A DNA stretch of 64,000 bases. Origin: Phoronis australis. Lineage: Eukaryota > Animalia > Phoronida. The stretch spans positions 424 to 64,423 of the forward strand of contig NMRA01001015.1 in NCBI GenBank assembly GCA_002633005.1, read 5' to 3'. The number at the start of each line of letters is the position of its first letter. The stretch's first letter is position 1. The position numbers were made by a program, and so were the translations under genes. Shown here one piece after another: positions 42,701 through 54,828 of this stretch. The notes beneath the pieces were generated by a model, which did not search any database, was not told the DNA's origin, and saw only the letters and a program-made list of their open reading frames with translations.

Positions 42701-44219
42701 GCGTTGCGTTTCAGGTGGTTGTGACAACTTGGTATTTGACCACACTGTGTCTTTGGCATTTTTTCTCGGGACGTCAGTGAACCGCGGATAGGGCACAGGT
42801 TTGTACAAGAAACTCGTGTGTTGGTGGACATGGCACACTGGCGAGGGGTACGTTCATACTTCACACTCTTGTCTGTGGAGTTAAGAAACATTCCATTTAA
42901 GGTCACTTTTTTCTATTGTCTCTGTTTTGGGATATTAAATTCACGGTTGTGATATGGCAGTGCTCTAAAGGAAGGCTTAATGTAGTTATTTGTCAAAACA
43001 AGGTAAATGGTAGTTTAACACACTTTCATGCAGTTCTTTTTTCACCGAGAACTGAAATGCTTCTTTTACAAACAGCAATTTTAGTCTTGTGAGCGCAGCA
43101 CGACTTTTCTCATAAACAATCAGCATTGCTCACGGTACTGTATACTCTCGATTAACAATGCGACACAGTTAAGATTAGAAAATCTATGACTAACTGCAAA
43201 AGTGATATACCATAATCCCATGATTACACCAGATGTCAAAGTCACTTGGAGCCTGTTTCTAGAAGAGACTATTGGTTTTTAACTTTAACTTAAAGTCAGA
43301 ACTCTGACTACAAATTTCCAAAAATTCTAGTTGATCTTTTGTGTTTTGCGTTCCTCGAAACTTTTCAGTAAATTGTCTTCTGTCAAGTCGAGCAGACAAT
43401 GGATTTTTGTTTTGTTTTTTTTTTTTTGTCTCCGAGTTGCAGACAGATTTTTTGACTATCTACCTTAGCCTGCTCTTGTGAAACAGGATTAACCATCTGT
43501 AGGCTTATTTTTAGCCGAAAGTCATAAGACTCTTTGAGAAACATGCCCCAGGTGGCGACAGCTGTCTCGCCCATTAGTCGGCTCAACTAGAACTACCAAA
43601 AAGCATATGTTAAGTTAGTAGAAGAAGGTATCAAAAGCCGAAATTGTCGCTTTGTGTTACTTTTAACGACCGACATTACCTTAAGACACCGCATCTGGTC
43701 ACACGTGATGGAGATAATCTGAGAGGATTTTCGTAAGATAATACTCTAGTGATGGCTTGCGAGGTAAATGTATGATGGCATAATTACTAAATGTGAGAGC
43801 ACTCAAAATAAAAACCATACAGTAGTTACAGGCCATAGGCCTATCTGCACTAATCATGTCTTGAAGAATAGTAATGTACCAAAACGTTGACAGCCTGGTT
43901 GACGACTTAAAATACTCACTTTAATGGTTTTGAACTCCGTCTTCCAAGGCCAAATAAGCAAATTCATAGCATAAGAAAAGAGCACCGCAAAAGCCGTAGA
44001 AAACTGCTTCAAGGACTCCCTGTCCTTATGTTGTTTAATTCGGACGAATTCTCGGCGAATCTCCTCAAATTTCCATTTGTCCTTGTCCTTACACGAAGAC
44101 AAGTATTGGGTAACTTTAGATCGGATTTTTTGCGGGACCTCTTCCGATGGGCCACTGTGATCGTAATTTCCAACTATAAGTTCATAGAGTTCCGCTCCAT
44201 AGCGGCTATTACCGCCCAT
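39768..44219 (-). CDS. SPATA2/Tamozhennic-like PUB-domain protein, about 415 aa (exons 44219-43920, 40715-39768)
   Basis: The phase-0 GT-AG join gives AFAVLFSYAMNLLIWPWKTEFKTIK|TYGGYYNIYIKSVL...NLMGYTE...VAVGLLIAHCEL, the SPATA2-family PUB signature. Acceptor at 44234-44235. The C-terminal end is uncertain because further exons are possible. Confidence 0.82.
40637..42319. repeat. Direct duplication with 842-bp offset across a single n at 41478 (assembly overlap)
   Basis: 40637-41477 is essentially identical to 41479-42319; identical ORFs are offset by 842. Confidence 0.9.
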
Positions 44220-45643
44220 AACAATGCTAACATCTGAAAATACAGGACGCTGTTATAAACAACAATTCATACATTAATGATGTATTTTGCCCTGTTTGAC
44301 TCGTTAAAAACGGAAATTGATTCAGGCCTTGCACTCTCATCGCCATAGGATTCCATTTCAATAAACAAGAACATGGCGACATCATCAGCGACTCAACAAA
44401 AAGCCTCAGAGTTAACTGGGGCTGACCAAACCCTTAAATTGCTAATTCGCCGGCGCAACTTCATTTTCTGACAATGTCCTGAGCGGCTATCGGAAACAGA
44501 ATCCTGCTACGGTAGAGTATTTCGAAACCCGAATTGTGACAAAATAGGCCCAATCCCGCGATTTTCATTAGCTAGCTAAGGGCGAACGGAAGTATATTGT
44601 ATCGGGGTTTTGATGTACGCTCTATTCCTGGTTATCTCTTCCTAGTTCTATCGATTTTTTACAAACAAACGCATTAAACTTTTACTCAATTTAAACGATA
44701 CAATAAAAGTGTCCGAGCACACCCGCCAATGAACGTACACAGAACATCTTTCGCCTGATATCCACCGTACATAGTCCGAAAAGGTCGAGTGAGACCAAAG
44801 GTAGTAAGGGCTCATGATCTTGCAACATTTGACTTCTTCAGAGTTACTTCAGTTAAGTTACCAAGGAAAGCTTCTGACGTTTGTTTGTTTTGTTTTTTTT
44901 TTATTTTGTAAAACTACGTTAAGCAGGCCTTTGGCAATTCACCGTATAATTTCTGACTTTAATCGAGATCAATGTATGTTGGTTCAGACCAAAATGACCG
45001 ACGCGAATTAACTAACTGACATATGTTACGGGCAACAACCGTCTATGCAAAAGCAAATGGGTCTTATTTATGGAGCCTAAAAAATAGAAATAGTCCTTAT
45101 TTCCCTGAGCGACATCCCCACTCGCCATCCCCGGTACTGTTGGCAATTTTTTTAGCCTGAGTCAGTCTCCCGGGCCACTAATTTCCCTGTTTTTGACCAC
45201 GAGTAACAGAACAGCTGGCGGCATAGTATTCGGCAGGTAGTTCAGTTTACACTGCCCGGCGGTACTTTTTTAGATTTGAAAACTAAGCTTAGGTATCGCA
45301 GACCACGACTGTCTTCAACTATTAAATGCCATTGCGTGAACTCAGTTTGCTGTACTTGAGCAGAAGGTACAGTGATCCCGAGGCGACATTACGAGGTAGT
45401 CACAGGTTCAAGTGACTTTTACGCGAGTAGTCCACCAGAGTCACGTGCCGGGCATTAGGCCTATATATTTTGTCTTTTGTAGATCCCTACGCCGGCGAAG
45501 CCGCACTGTCATCCCGCCGACGCAGTAGGCTAGATCTATAAATGCAGGCCTAAATGAAAGTATATATAAAATATATGATCAAATCAGTCATCAGTGCCTA
45601 AACTTCACTAAGTCCATGAATATATCCAGTCATGATCAGTATT

Positions 45644-45801
45644 CAGTGGCGGATTTAGAGGGGGTCAAGGGGGCCATCCCCCCTAAAATTCTCCCAGATT
45701 CCATGAGGCAGTTGGGGGCTGCGAATGTCTGACGGGCAAAATCCTGGCTAATACTCTGCTGTGGCCCCCTTAACCGTCTCAAAATCCTGGATCCGCCCCT
45801 G
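45644..45801. mobile_element. MITE (TIR CAGTGGCGGAT), 5-bp TSD GTATT
   Basis: CAGTGGCGGAT...ATCCGCCCCTG with GTATT on both sides. Confidence 0.88.
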
Positions 45802-45879
45802 GTATTACTGACGAAACACATTGCATTTGATTCGAGATACGAATCATTCAGTCGAGCTCAAAATGATTTTCACACTTAC

Positions 45880-46010
45880 CGGGTTCAAAAAACCTGTAGA
45901 GTTTAGACACCGTAGTGCCAAACAACTTCTTCTTCCAAGTTCAACTGATATGCAATGAAATCAAATGGCGCGATAAGAGGATCACGTGATCAGTTGGGTT
46001 TTCCCGTGAC
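45880..46010 (-). promoter_or_regulatory. Putative non-coding first exon and promoter of the SPATA2-like gene
   Basis: GTAAGT donor on the minus strand at 45874-45879. YY1-like AAATGGCG at 45963-45970, in the same orientation as the motif just upstream of the PPIB ATG. E-box TCACGTGA at 45982-45989. Confidence 0.5.
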
Positions 46011-46030
46011 CTCATACTGACAGCAAACAT

Positions 46031-47073
46031 TGTCGTGAACGTGTATTCTCTCGTTGTGTGGCGTCATGTGGTGTTGTCTTTGTTCGTCTCTGTGTGTGTG
46101 GTGTTGACATAGTGAGCCAGTGATAGGTCACGTGACTCTGGGCACGAGGGGGAATCGGGGAGTCTATGAAAGGGTGTGGACCTAGATAGACGATCTGGAG
46201 AGTGTAACTAGAAGCGCTCTTACAAGTGTGACACTGATGGCAAGCCCGGACAAGAAGTTGGGTAAGTTGGCTGTCTCTGAGGAATTATAGGCCGCGTTAC
46301 TATAATTGGCGTAGTCGCCGGCAGGATTCAAGAGTGCCAACTTATAAACCGTGTGTGAGTTTTTCGCGCCGGTACCCTTCCGGGAGTGGGAGGGTAATTT
46401 GTATACCAAGTGCGTTTTCGCGTGTAGCTAGCCTATATATTACTGTCGTTACTGGTTATTTGTTGTAATCTTGTTGTGAGTAAATACTGCATGTCCATTT
46501 GATTCCGTGCGCGGTTCTCAGTTCCTATTTGATATTGGTCCTAGGAAATATTAAACTTGCGGGTTTGATATTAGTTGATAATTATGGCTGCCGGGAAGGT
46601 GTCTATTAATTTCTGTCCCGCGGGAGAGTTGTTAGAAATTCCAGGGGTTTCCGAGGAAATTGCTAAAGATATTTTGAAGTTCCGGTCATCCACTCAAGTA
46701 TTACCGGAAAATGTTAATTATATTAATTCAGGGTGGAAAGTCACTAAGGCGGTCCGTAATACTATTGATTTCAGCGCGAGTCCAGAGGACGAATTTCACA
46801 AAATTATCGAGGTATGTGAGGAATTCGAGAAACATGCTTTTAAGCCTGCAAAAACAAAGAGTGCAGGTCATACTCCCTCTTCGGCAAAGATGGCCGCAAA
46901 ATTCCCGGGAAGCACAAATGCAAGTTTGGAGTGTAAACATGATATCAGATCACATGCTCCCAGTAAGCTAGTTTTTTCGGGAAAAAGGGGAACATGGGAG
47001 GACTTTCAATGGAAGTTCCAGAGTTTGGCACGTGATTATTTTTGGCCGACACATAAGTGTCGCACTGAGTTGG
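46031..47073 (+). mobile_element. Partial second Gypsy copy: LTR (46031-46304), PBS with 3-bp insertion, intact gag 5' end (ATG 46584); truncated at n 47074
   Basis: Homologous to 47748-48787 but with a different 5' flank (AAACAT vs GCGGAT) and LTR polymorphisms. Confidence 0.85.
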
Positions 47074-47747
47074 NCTCAGATTTTGCATGCACCCCGTCCT
47101 ACATCAGGGCTTGGAATGACCAATGACAAAAAACACGGAAACCTTTACGGGCCCAAAACATGCGCGCTACCTAGCCTTGAAATGGTCAATGTGAACTTTA
47201 CGACTAAAAAAAAGGAAAAAAAAAAGTTACCAGCAGCAGTAGCATGAGTCTGTGTCGTTTTAGCTCGTCCGTCCACTTCCAACCCACACATTTTTGGCTG
47301 CAAAGCCGTAGTGTTTGTCACCGCGGTTTACAATCACACGAGCACCATTGAAAATCCCACCACGCTATCCCAGATGCCCCGGCAATGTTGACAATTTACG
47401 TTCCTCCGAAACATAAAGAGCAACTGCTGCATTTCGAGGTGAACGTCGTCTGCAATGGCGCTGTAAGAAAGGAATTTGCCGCGGAAATTTTATATCAAAT
47501 CCGATTTTTTTATACGGAAATATAATAAAATGCGCGGACAGAACATTTTTAAAAAGCGGAAATCCGCGTTTCCGCGGAAAATTCCTAGCCTTGCTACATG
47601 TTGATACAGGTTTCACGGTGAGTTGATGAGCAGAACTACCCTGGCTGTGTGCAATTTCGGGGTATACGGAAGAAAAACACACAGTGATACCTAGCTGTAC
47701 TTTACTTTGACGATAGTCTTCATACAGCTAGCTGAACAGTGGCGGAT

Positions 47748-48023
47748 TGTCGTGAACGTGTATTCTCTCGTTGTGTGGCGTCATGTGGTGTTGTCTTTGT
47801 TTGTCTCTGTGTGTGTGGTGTTGACATAGTGAGCCAGTGATAGGTCACGTGACTCTGGGCACGAGGGGAAAAATCGGGGAGTCTATGAGAGGGTGTGGTG
47901 AAAGATAGACGCTCTGGATAGTGTAACTAGAGGCGCTCTCAAAAGTGTGACACTGATGGCAAGTCCGGACAAGAAGTTAGGTAAGTTGGCTGTATCTGAT
48001 GAATTATAGACAGCGTTACTATA
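47748..48023 (+). repeat. 5' LTR (TGTCGTGAAC...CGTTACTATA)
   Basis: 276 bp, about 8 mismatches to the 3' LTR by eye; followed by the PBS. Confidence 0.95.
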
Positions 48024-48025
48024 AT

Positions 48026-48045
48026 TGGCGTAGTCGGCAGGATTC
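48026..48045 (+). promoter_or_regulatory. Primer binding site, tRNA-Ser
   Basis: TGGCGTAGTCGGCAGGATTC is complementary to the 3' end of eukaryotic tRNA-Ser(AGA/TGA) (GAATCCTGCCGACTACGCCA), 2 nt after the LTR. Confidence 0.92.
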
Positions 48046-48299
48046 AAGAGCACCAACTTATAAACCGTGTGTGAGTTTTTCGCGCCGGTACCCTCCCGGG
48101 AGTGGGAGGGTAATTTGTATACCAAGTGCGTTTTCTCGTGTAGCCAGCCTATATATTACTGTCGTTACTGGTTATTTGTTGTAATCTTGTAGTGAGTAAA
48201 TACTGCATGTCCATTTGATTCCGTGCGCGGTTCTCAGTTCCTATTTGATATTGGTCCTAGGAAATATTAAACTTGCGGGTTTGATATTAGTTGACAATT

Positions 48300-49713
48300 A
48301 TGGCTGCCGGAAAAGTGTCTATTAATTTGTCCCGCGGGAGAGTTGTTAGAAATTCCAGGGGTTTCCGAGGAAATTGCTAAAGATATTTTGAAGTTCCGGT
48401 CATCCACTCAAGTATTACCGGAAAATGTTAATTATATTAATTCAGGGTGGAAAGTCACTAAGGCGGTCCGTAATACTATTGATTTCAGCGCGAGTCCAGA
48501 GGACGAATTTCACAAAATTATCGAGGTATGTGAGGAATTCGAGAAACATGCTTTTAAGCCTGCAAAAACAAAGAGTGCAGGTCATACTCCCTCTTCGGCA
48601 AAGATGGCCGCAAAATTCCCGGGAAGCACAAATGCAAGTTTGGAGTGTAAACATGATATCAGATCACATGCTCCCAGTAAGCTAGTTTTTTCGGGAAAAA
48701 GGGGAACATGGGAGGACTTTCAATGGAAGTTCCAGAGTTTGGCACGTGATTACTTTTGGCCGACACATAAGTGTCGCACTGAGTTGGGGTTGTGCCTTGA
48801 GGGGGATGCAGCTCGGTGGTTTTCTAATTATATAAAAGAATATCCGGGGGCAGAGTTTGATGACATCATCGAGATAATGTCTAATAGATTTGGATCCGAG
48901 GTGGAGAGTATTGAGGTACATCAGCTTCGTTTCCATTCAGCATTTCAAGAGAGGGATGAGTCTCTTGAACAGTGGGCAGATCGCCTTACTAGTTTGTTCC
49001 TCAAGGCTTTTCCGGACCCCAGGCCTTCGGATAAATCACAGTCAGTACTGAGGTTTTGTCTGGGAATGCGCGATAAAGATGTGGCCCAATTCACAATTAA
49101 TAATAAACCAGCGACTGTTGTTGACGCATTGACATCGACTCGTTGGTTTTCGACCACTAAAAACCTAATGCATGCATCGCCCAGGTCAGTGACATTTCGT
49201 CGCGAATCTTATGCCGACGATGTATTCGAGAATGTCGACGTGAGACAGGTTAATCGTAAGCCTAGTCTTAAATTTACCCCGCGAGATACTATTGAGTCGC
49301 GGTTGGACGCCCTTGAGGGGAAATTCGCGTCCCTTGAATCATCTAGTCTTGAAATGCAATCGGATATTGTTTCCCTGAAATCAGACAATTCTCAAATTCA
49401 CAAGAAAATAGACCGCATGAAGACTGAAATGAATAGCAATTTCGGTGACATAACAAATAACTTCAATAAACTATTTTCAATACTACAAACTCAGTCGCCG
49501 AGACGACCGCAGGAGTCGAGGGAACAGCGGTTATCGCCGAATTCTCCGAGGTCTGACATTCGTCAGCGAAATTCACCAGGTTCTTCACCTAAATGTCCAT
49601 ATACACCGAGGTGTTTTAAGTGTAATCAACTGGGGCATTATCAGAGTAATTGTCCATCGACGTCGGCACGTAGGGCTAGTGTGGAAAGCAATGAGGGTGA
49701 TTTAAATGCCTAA
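48300..49713 (+). CDS. gag: gag (N-terminal HhH motif, capsid-like region, coiled coil, CCHC zinc knuckle); 2-bp deletion near 48328
   Basis: CFKCNQLGHYQSNC knuckle; LEGDAARWF and QERDESLEQWADRL capsid motifs. The ATG at 48300 is out of frame because of a 2-bp deletion relative to the 46584 copy. Confidence 0.9.
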
Positions 49714-49762
49714 GGACTGGGCGATCGGGTCTTACCCCAGTCCGTAGTAAGTGCCAAGACCC
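49701..49762 (+). promoter_or_regulatory. -1 ribosomal frameshift signal (T TTA AAT plus pseudoknot)
   Basis: Slippery heptamer 49701-49707; stem 1 49714-49721/49736-49743; stem 2 49727-49733/49756-49762; pol is in the -1 frame. Confidence 0.8.
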
Positions 49763-52700
49763 TCCTGATGTTGCGAAATTAGTTGGCCTCGTGGGGTGCA
49801 TCAAGAAATTTGTTAAAAAGCTTAGTCGGGACTCCAATTCATCGGAAACGGATTGTTCCTTTGAGAGAAAAACTTCTGCCGATTATCATAAATCTGTTTC
49901 AGAGTTAAGTAGTCCTACAAATTCTAACGTAACGGAGAGTGTATCTTCAGACAAGATGTGTGGGGAAACGGTTCCGGTTATTGTTGAGGAGGTGACGAAC
50001 AGTTATGAGATTGTGATAGATTCATTACACATGAATTCACAAAGTAACTCTCCATCTGTGTCGGGAGAGCTGGTTCCATCCGGCTCTGTTCCGGTCAAGA
50101 TGTCAGTCGAGGCTGATAGTTTCTTCGATTCCCTAGAGACTGTTGGAGTAAAGAAGACTGCAACGGGTAATATGTATTATATACCGATTAGAATTAATGG
50201 CACTGTGGTTGATGCCATTATTGATTGCGGAGCTGACAGCACCATAATCTCGCACCGGTTGTACAATTTGTTAGACAACGTTGCTTTTTCACATAACATT
50301 AATGTACAAACGGCTGGAGAAGATATGGCTATGCTAGGTTTTCGAACGCAACCAGTAACTCTCACGTTTCAGCATCAGACCTGTGATGTTTCATTAGTCG
50401 TGGCTAATATTAACGATGAGTGTTTATTAGGTCTGGATGTTATGAAACGGCTAAATGCAGTTATTAATATGAAAAAAGATTGCATCACGTTGGATAACAA
50501 AACTTCAGAAATGAAGTATGGTTTCCCTGCGAAGCTATTACCTACTGTAGTACTGGCTAGGTCTGTTAGTATACCTCCAAATACTGTGAAACGGGTTAAG
50601 TGTGTAAAAAACCCAAAATTTCAGTCAACAGTTTTGGTTGAGGCCGATTTGATGAATCTGGATCCGCGATTATCAGTACCTCGCGCTTTGTATGATTTTG
50701 AGGATGAGCCAGCTTTGATGATTTTCAACACTTCGGAGCATCAAGTTAGGCTGGTGGCTGGGTCATCACTGGGTTCAGTACAAAATGTGGATGAATGGAC
50801 TGAGGTTCATTTGAATTCCGTTACTCCCTTGGATGAAGATGATGTTTCGGCTTGAAAAGTTGTTGATCAGTCAGATGTCAATAAGTATCAGATTAGCTTA
50901 CCATCCAAACTTCAGGGCCTTTTTGACAAATCTAAAGTTTCACTTTCGGATGACGAGTCGTCAAAATTACATACATCGATTACTTTCTGATTATACCGAT
51001 GTATTTGCAGCCGATGATATGGATTTGGGCAATTTTACAGCCGTAGAGCATGTAATTGATACGGGAGATGCTCAACCAATAAAAATGGCTATGCGGCGTA
51101 CTCCGAGTTGTTTCATTTCGGAGGAGGAGGGTCATCTAGACAAAATGCTCAAGGCTGGCGTGATTACTCCGTCTACGAGTGAGTGGGCTGCGGCTCCGGT
51201 TTTAATTAGAAAGAAAACTGACGGTTCAGTCCGGTATTGCATCGACTACAGGAAGCTAAATCGGGTAACCAAAAAGGACTCCTGGCCTTTACCATTGATA
51301 GACGAGTGCATTGATTTACTTGCGGGTAATGTGTGGTTTAGCAAATTAGATGCTAATTCGGCGTACTGGCAAATCAAAATACGCGAAGAAGACCGTAAGA
51401 AAACGGCTTTCATAACTAAATATGGCCTTTTCGACTTCAAGTCAATGCCTTTTGGGCTCTGTGGGGCTCCCTCAACCTTTTCACGGGCAATGAGTTTAGT
51501 TCTGCGGGGGCTAAACTGGCACACAGTTCTTGCTTTTCTCGACGACATTTTGGTCTTGGGTTCTAGTTTTGACGTGCATTTAAACAACCTGCGGGAGGTT
51601 TTTGATCGTTTTAGGAAATATCAAATGAGATTGAAACCCAAGAAATGTTCATTGTTTCAAAAACGCGTTGATTTCCTAGGACGATGGGTGGGCCCTGAGG
51701 GGTTAGAAATGGGTCAAGATAATATTGACAAGGTAAAAACCTGGCCTGTTCCAAGAAGTAAAAAACAGTGTCAGAGTTTTCTTGGTTTCGTAAATTATCA
51801 TCGTCTTTTTATCAGGGATTTTGCTCGCATTGCGATGCCACTTTACGAAGTCACTGGGTCCTCTCCCTTTGCGTGGGTGGAGAAGCAGCAATTAGCTTTT
51901 GAAGAGCTTAAGGTGGCTTTAACATCGCCACCCGTGCTGTCGTTACCCAATAATTATGATGAATTTATCCTCGATTGTGACGCTTCTGATCTTGCGATTG
52001 GTGCTTGTTTGTCACAAGTTCAGAATGGCGAGGAAAAGGTTATCTCGTATTCGAGTTTTGCGTTGGTGGATGAGCAAAAACGGTATTGCATGACTAGGAA
52101 GGAATTATTGGCTGTGGTCCGTTTTACTCATTAATATCGACATTATTTGCTGGGTCGGAATTTCCGCGTGCGGACGGATCATAACAGCTTAACATGGTTG
52201 TTGAATTTTAAATCTTCAAGTGGTCAGATAGCGCGTTGGATTCTGCAGCTGCAACAATTTCCGGGTATGAAGATAGAGTATCGGCCGGGTATAAAGCATA
52301 TTAATGCAGATGCACTTTCCCGTATTTCTGTAGATATTTGAAGCAACTATAAACTGGGAGTTTCTCCAGAACTGCTTCCCTGCGGGGGTTGTGCAAAATG
52401 TCAAAAAGCTCATAATGACTGGTATAGTTTTTCACAAAAAGTTGATGATTCAACATCTCTTGGTAGCGTGGTGGTCACAAAAGTAGATAAATGTATTGGT
52501 ACAGGGAGACAGGTAATTACGGCTTCTGTTGGAAGTCAAGAGTCGGATTTGTCTCGGTATATACCTGATGATCTAGCAGAGCAGGAATTTGGATTGGCTG
52601 TGGTTAATCCAAATCTTTCAAATTCGAGTGATAGTGTTTTTGTGGAATCGGAATTTTGCGTTGTCAACAACAACTCGACCAGCTCAAACTCCTGCGGGTA

Positions 52701-54784
52701 TCTTAATGAAGCTGAGTTGCCAATTAAACAAAAAGCTGATGTGGATTTGACTTTTGTTTTCAACTGGTTAAAGGAACAGNATAGTGTTTTTGTGGAATCG
52801 GAATTTTGCGTTGTCAACAACAACTCGACCAGCTCAAACTCCTGCGGGTATCTTAATGAAGCTGAGTTGCCAACTAAACAAAAAAAAGCTGATGTGGATT
52901 TGACTTCTGTTTTCAACTAGTTAAAGGAACAGGTAGTTCCTACAGAGCACGAATTGTTCCTATCTAGTCCGTCAGCAAAGTTTTACTGGATAAACAAAGA
53001 TCGGTTTTATATTCAAGGTGATGTATTGTTCTGAAAATCATACCATCGGCGGCTCATCAGGGTATTTTCCGGACTAAGTCAAAAATAAGGTTAAAATATT
53101 TCTGGTATGGTTTGACGAAAGATGTCAAACAATTCATAGGTTCCTGTGGGGCCTGCAATCAGAACAAGCAGGGCAGTAGACGTGGTCGATTTCCGATGAT
53201 TCGTTATCATGCTGGTGCGCCGATGGGACGGGTTCATGTATTTTCTGGGGCCATTACCTGTGACAAACCGCGGTAATGAACATGTTTTAATGATCGTTGA
53301 TCAGTTCACCAAATGGGTCGAGTGCATTCCATTACCTTCCCAAACGGCTGAGGTCACGGCCCATGCGGCGGTCAACGAGTTCTTCACACGGTTCGGATAT
53401 CCGTTTCATATTTTTTCAGATCAGGGAAGGAATTTCGATAGCAAACTTTTTAAGTCACTGTGCGACCTCCTACACATAAATAAGTCAAGAACAACTCCAT
53501 ACGAATGGACAGGTAGAGCGATTTAATCGCACGCTCATGGACACGGTGAGATCTCACGTGAGGGATTATCAAGACGACTGGGATATGTTTATTCCGCAAA
53601 TTGCTGGGGCGATTCGCTCATCAGTCAACCGACATACTGGNGCCTGCAATCAGAACAAGCAGGGCAGTAGACGTGGTCGATTTCCGATGATTCGTTATCA
53701 TGCTGGTGCGCCGATGGAACGGGTTCATGTGGATTTTCTGGGGCTATTACCTGTGACAAACCGCGGTAATGAACATGTTTTAATGATCGTTGATCAGTTC
53801 ACCAAATGGGTCGAGTGCATTCCGTTACCTTCCCAAACGGCCGAGGTCACGGCCCATGCGGCGGTCAACGAGTTCTTCACACGGTTCGGATATCCGTTTC
53901 ATATTTTTTCAGATCAGGGAAGGAATTTCGACAGCAAACTTTTTAAGTCACTGTGCGACCTCCTGCACATAAATAAGTCAAGAACAACTCCATACCGTCC
54001 GTCTGCGAATGGACAGGTAGAGCGATTTAATCACACGCTCATGGACGCGGTGAGATGTTACGTGAGTGATTATCAGGACGACTGGGATATGTTTATTCCG
54101 CAAATTGCTGGGGCGATTCGCTCATCAGTCAACCGACATACTGGTTTCTCTCCAAATATGGTGATGTTGGGACGAGAAACAAATCAGCCGATAGATCTTA
54201 TATTTCCGGTGGTCACGTCAGTTAATAATCAACCATATGGTGATTATGTTGGGAGACTTCAAGGGGCAATAAGCAAGGCTCATGAAACGGCGCGTCAATT
54301 TCTTCAAACTAGTCAATCTTTGATGAAACGGGACTATGATCTTTCAGTGTTTAAGCGCGTGTTTCATCTGGGTGATCTTGTGTATATCTTTGACTCGGCA
54401 ACCGTGAAAGGAAAATGTAAAAAATTATCTCCTCCGTGGAAGGGGCCGGGCATTATTACGGAAGTCTTAACTCCAGCGTTGTACCGGGTAAGAGTTAAGA
54501 ATTCAGTTTCGGTAGTTCATCATGACAGAATAAAATTATGTACAACGCAATATACAGAATTGCCTGATTGGTTAAAAAGAGTCATTTCTGCTGGAAATGT
54601 CATCAACACCAATACCGGGAATAGGGATCCGGAACTTTTTTGCATTTGTCGCAAGCCCGATCACGGAGGGCTCATGATTCAGTGCGACTCTTGTGATGAC
54701 TGGCTTCATGGGGAATGTGTTGATATTACCGCTACTGATGCAAGGGAAATTGACACTTATTGGTGTCCTCGGTGTAAGCCATAA
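49701..54784 (+). pseudogene. pol: pol: aspartic protease, RT, RNase H, integrase with C-terminal PHD finger; disrupted
   Basis: IIDCGADSTII (PR); YCIDYRKLN, MPFGL and FLDDIL (RT); LDCDASD and RKELLAVV (RH); VHVDFLG, SDQGRNF and NGQVERFN (IN); WKGPG; PHD. Lesions: stops at 50853 and 52132, a 4-bp duplication near 50970, frameshifts or deletion near 52335 and 53040, and n-join duplications at 52780 and 53641. Confidence 0.95.
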
Positions 54785-54828
54785 CATCATTATGATGTAA
54801 TAATTACATAACCATGTTTTTGTTGTAG

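Noticed and set aside
52631-54143. Internal repeats in pol, including two integrase cores
   Set aside because: Both duplications meet at single n bases (52780, 53641); most likely merged haplotypes or element copies, not a double-integrase element.
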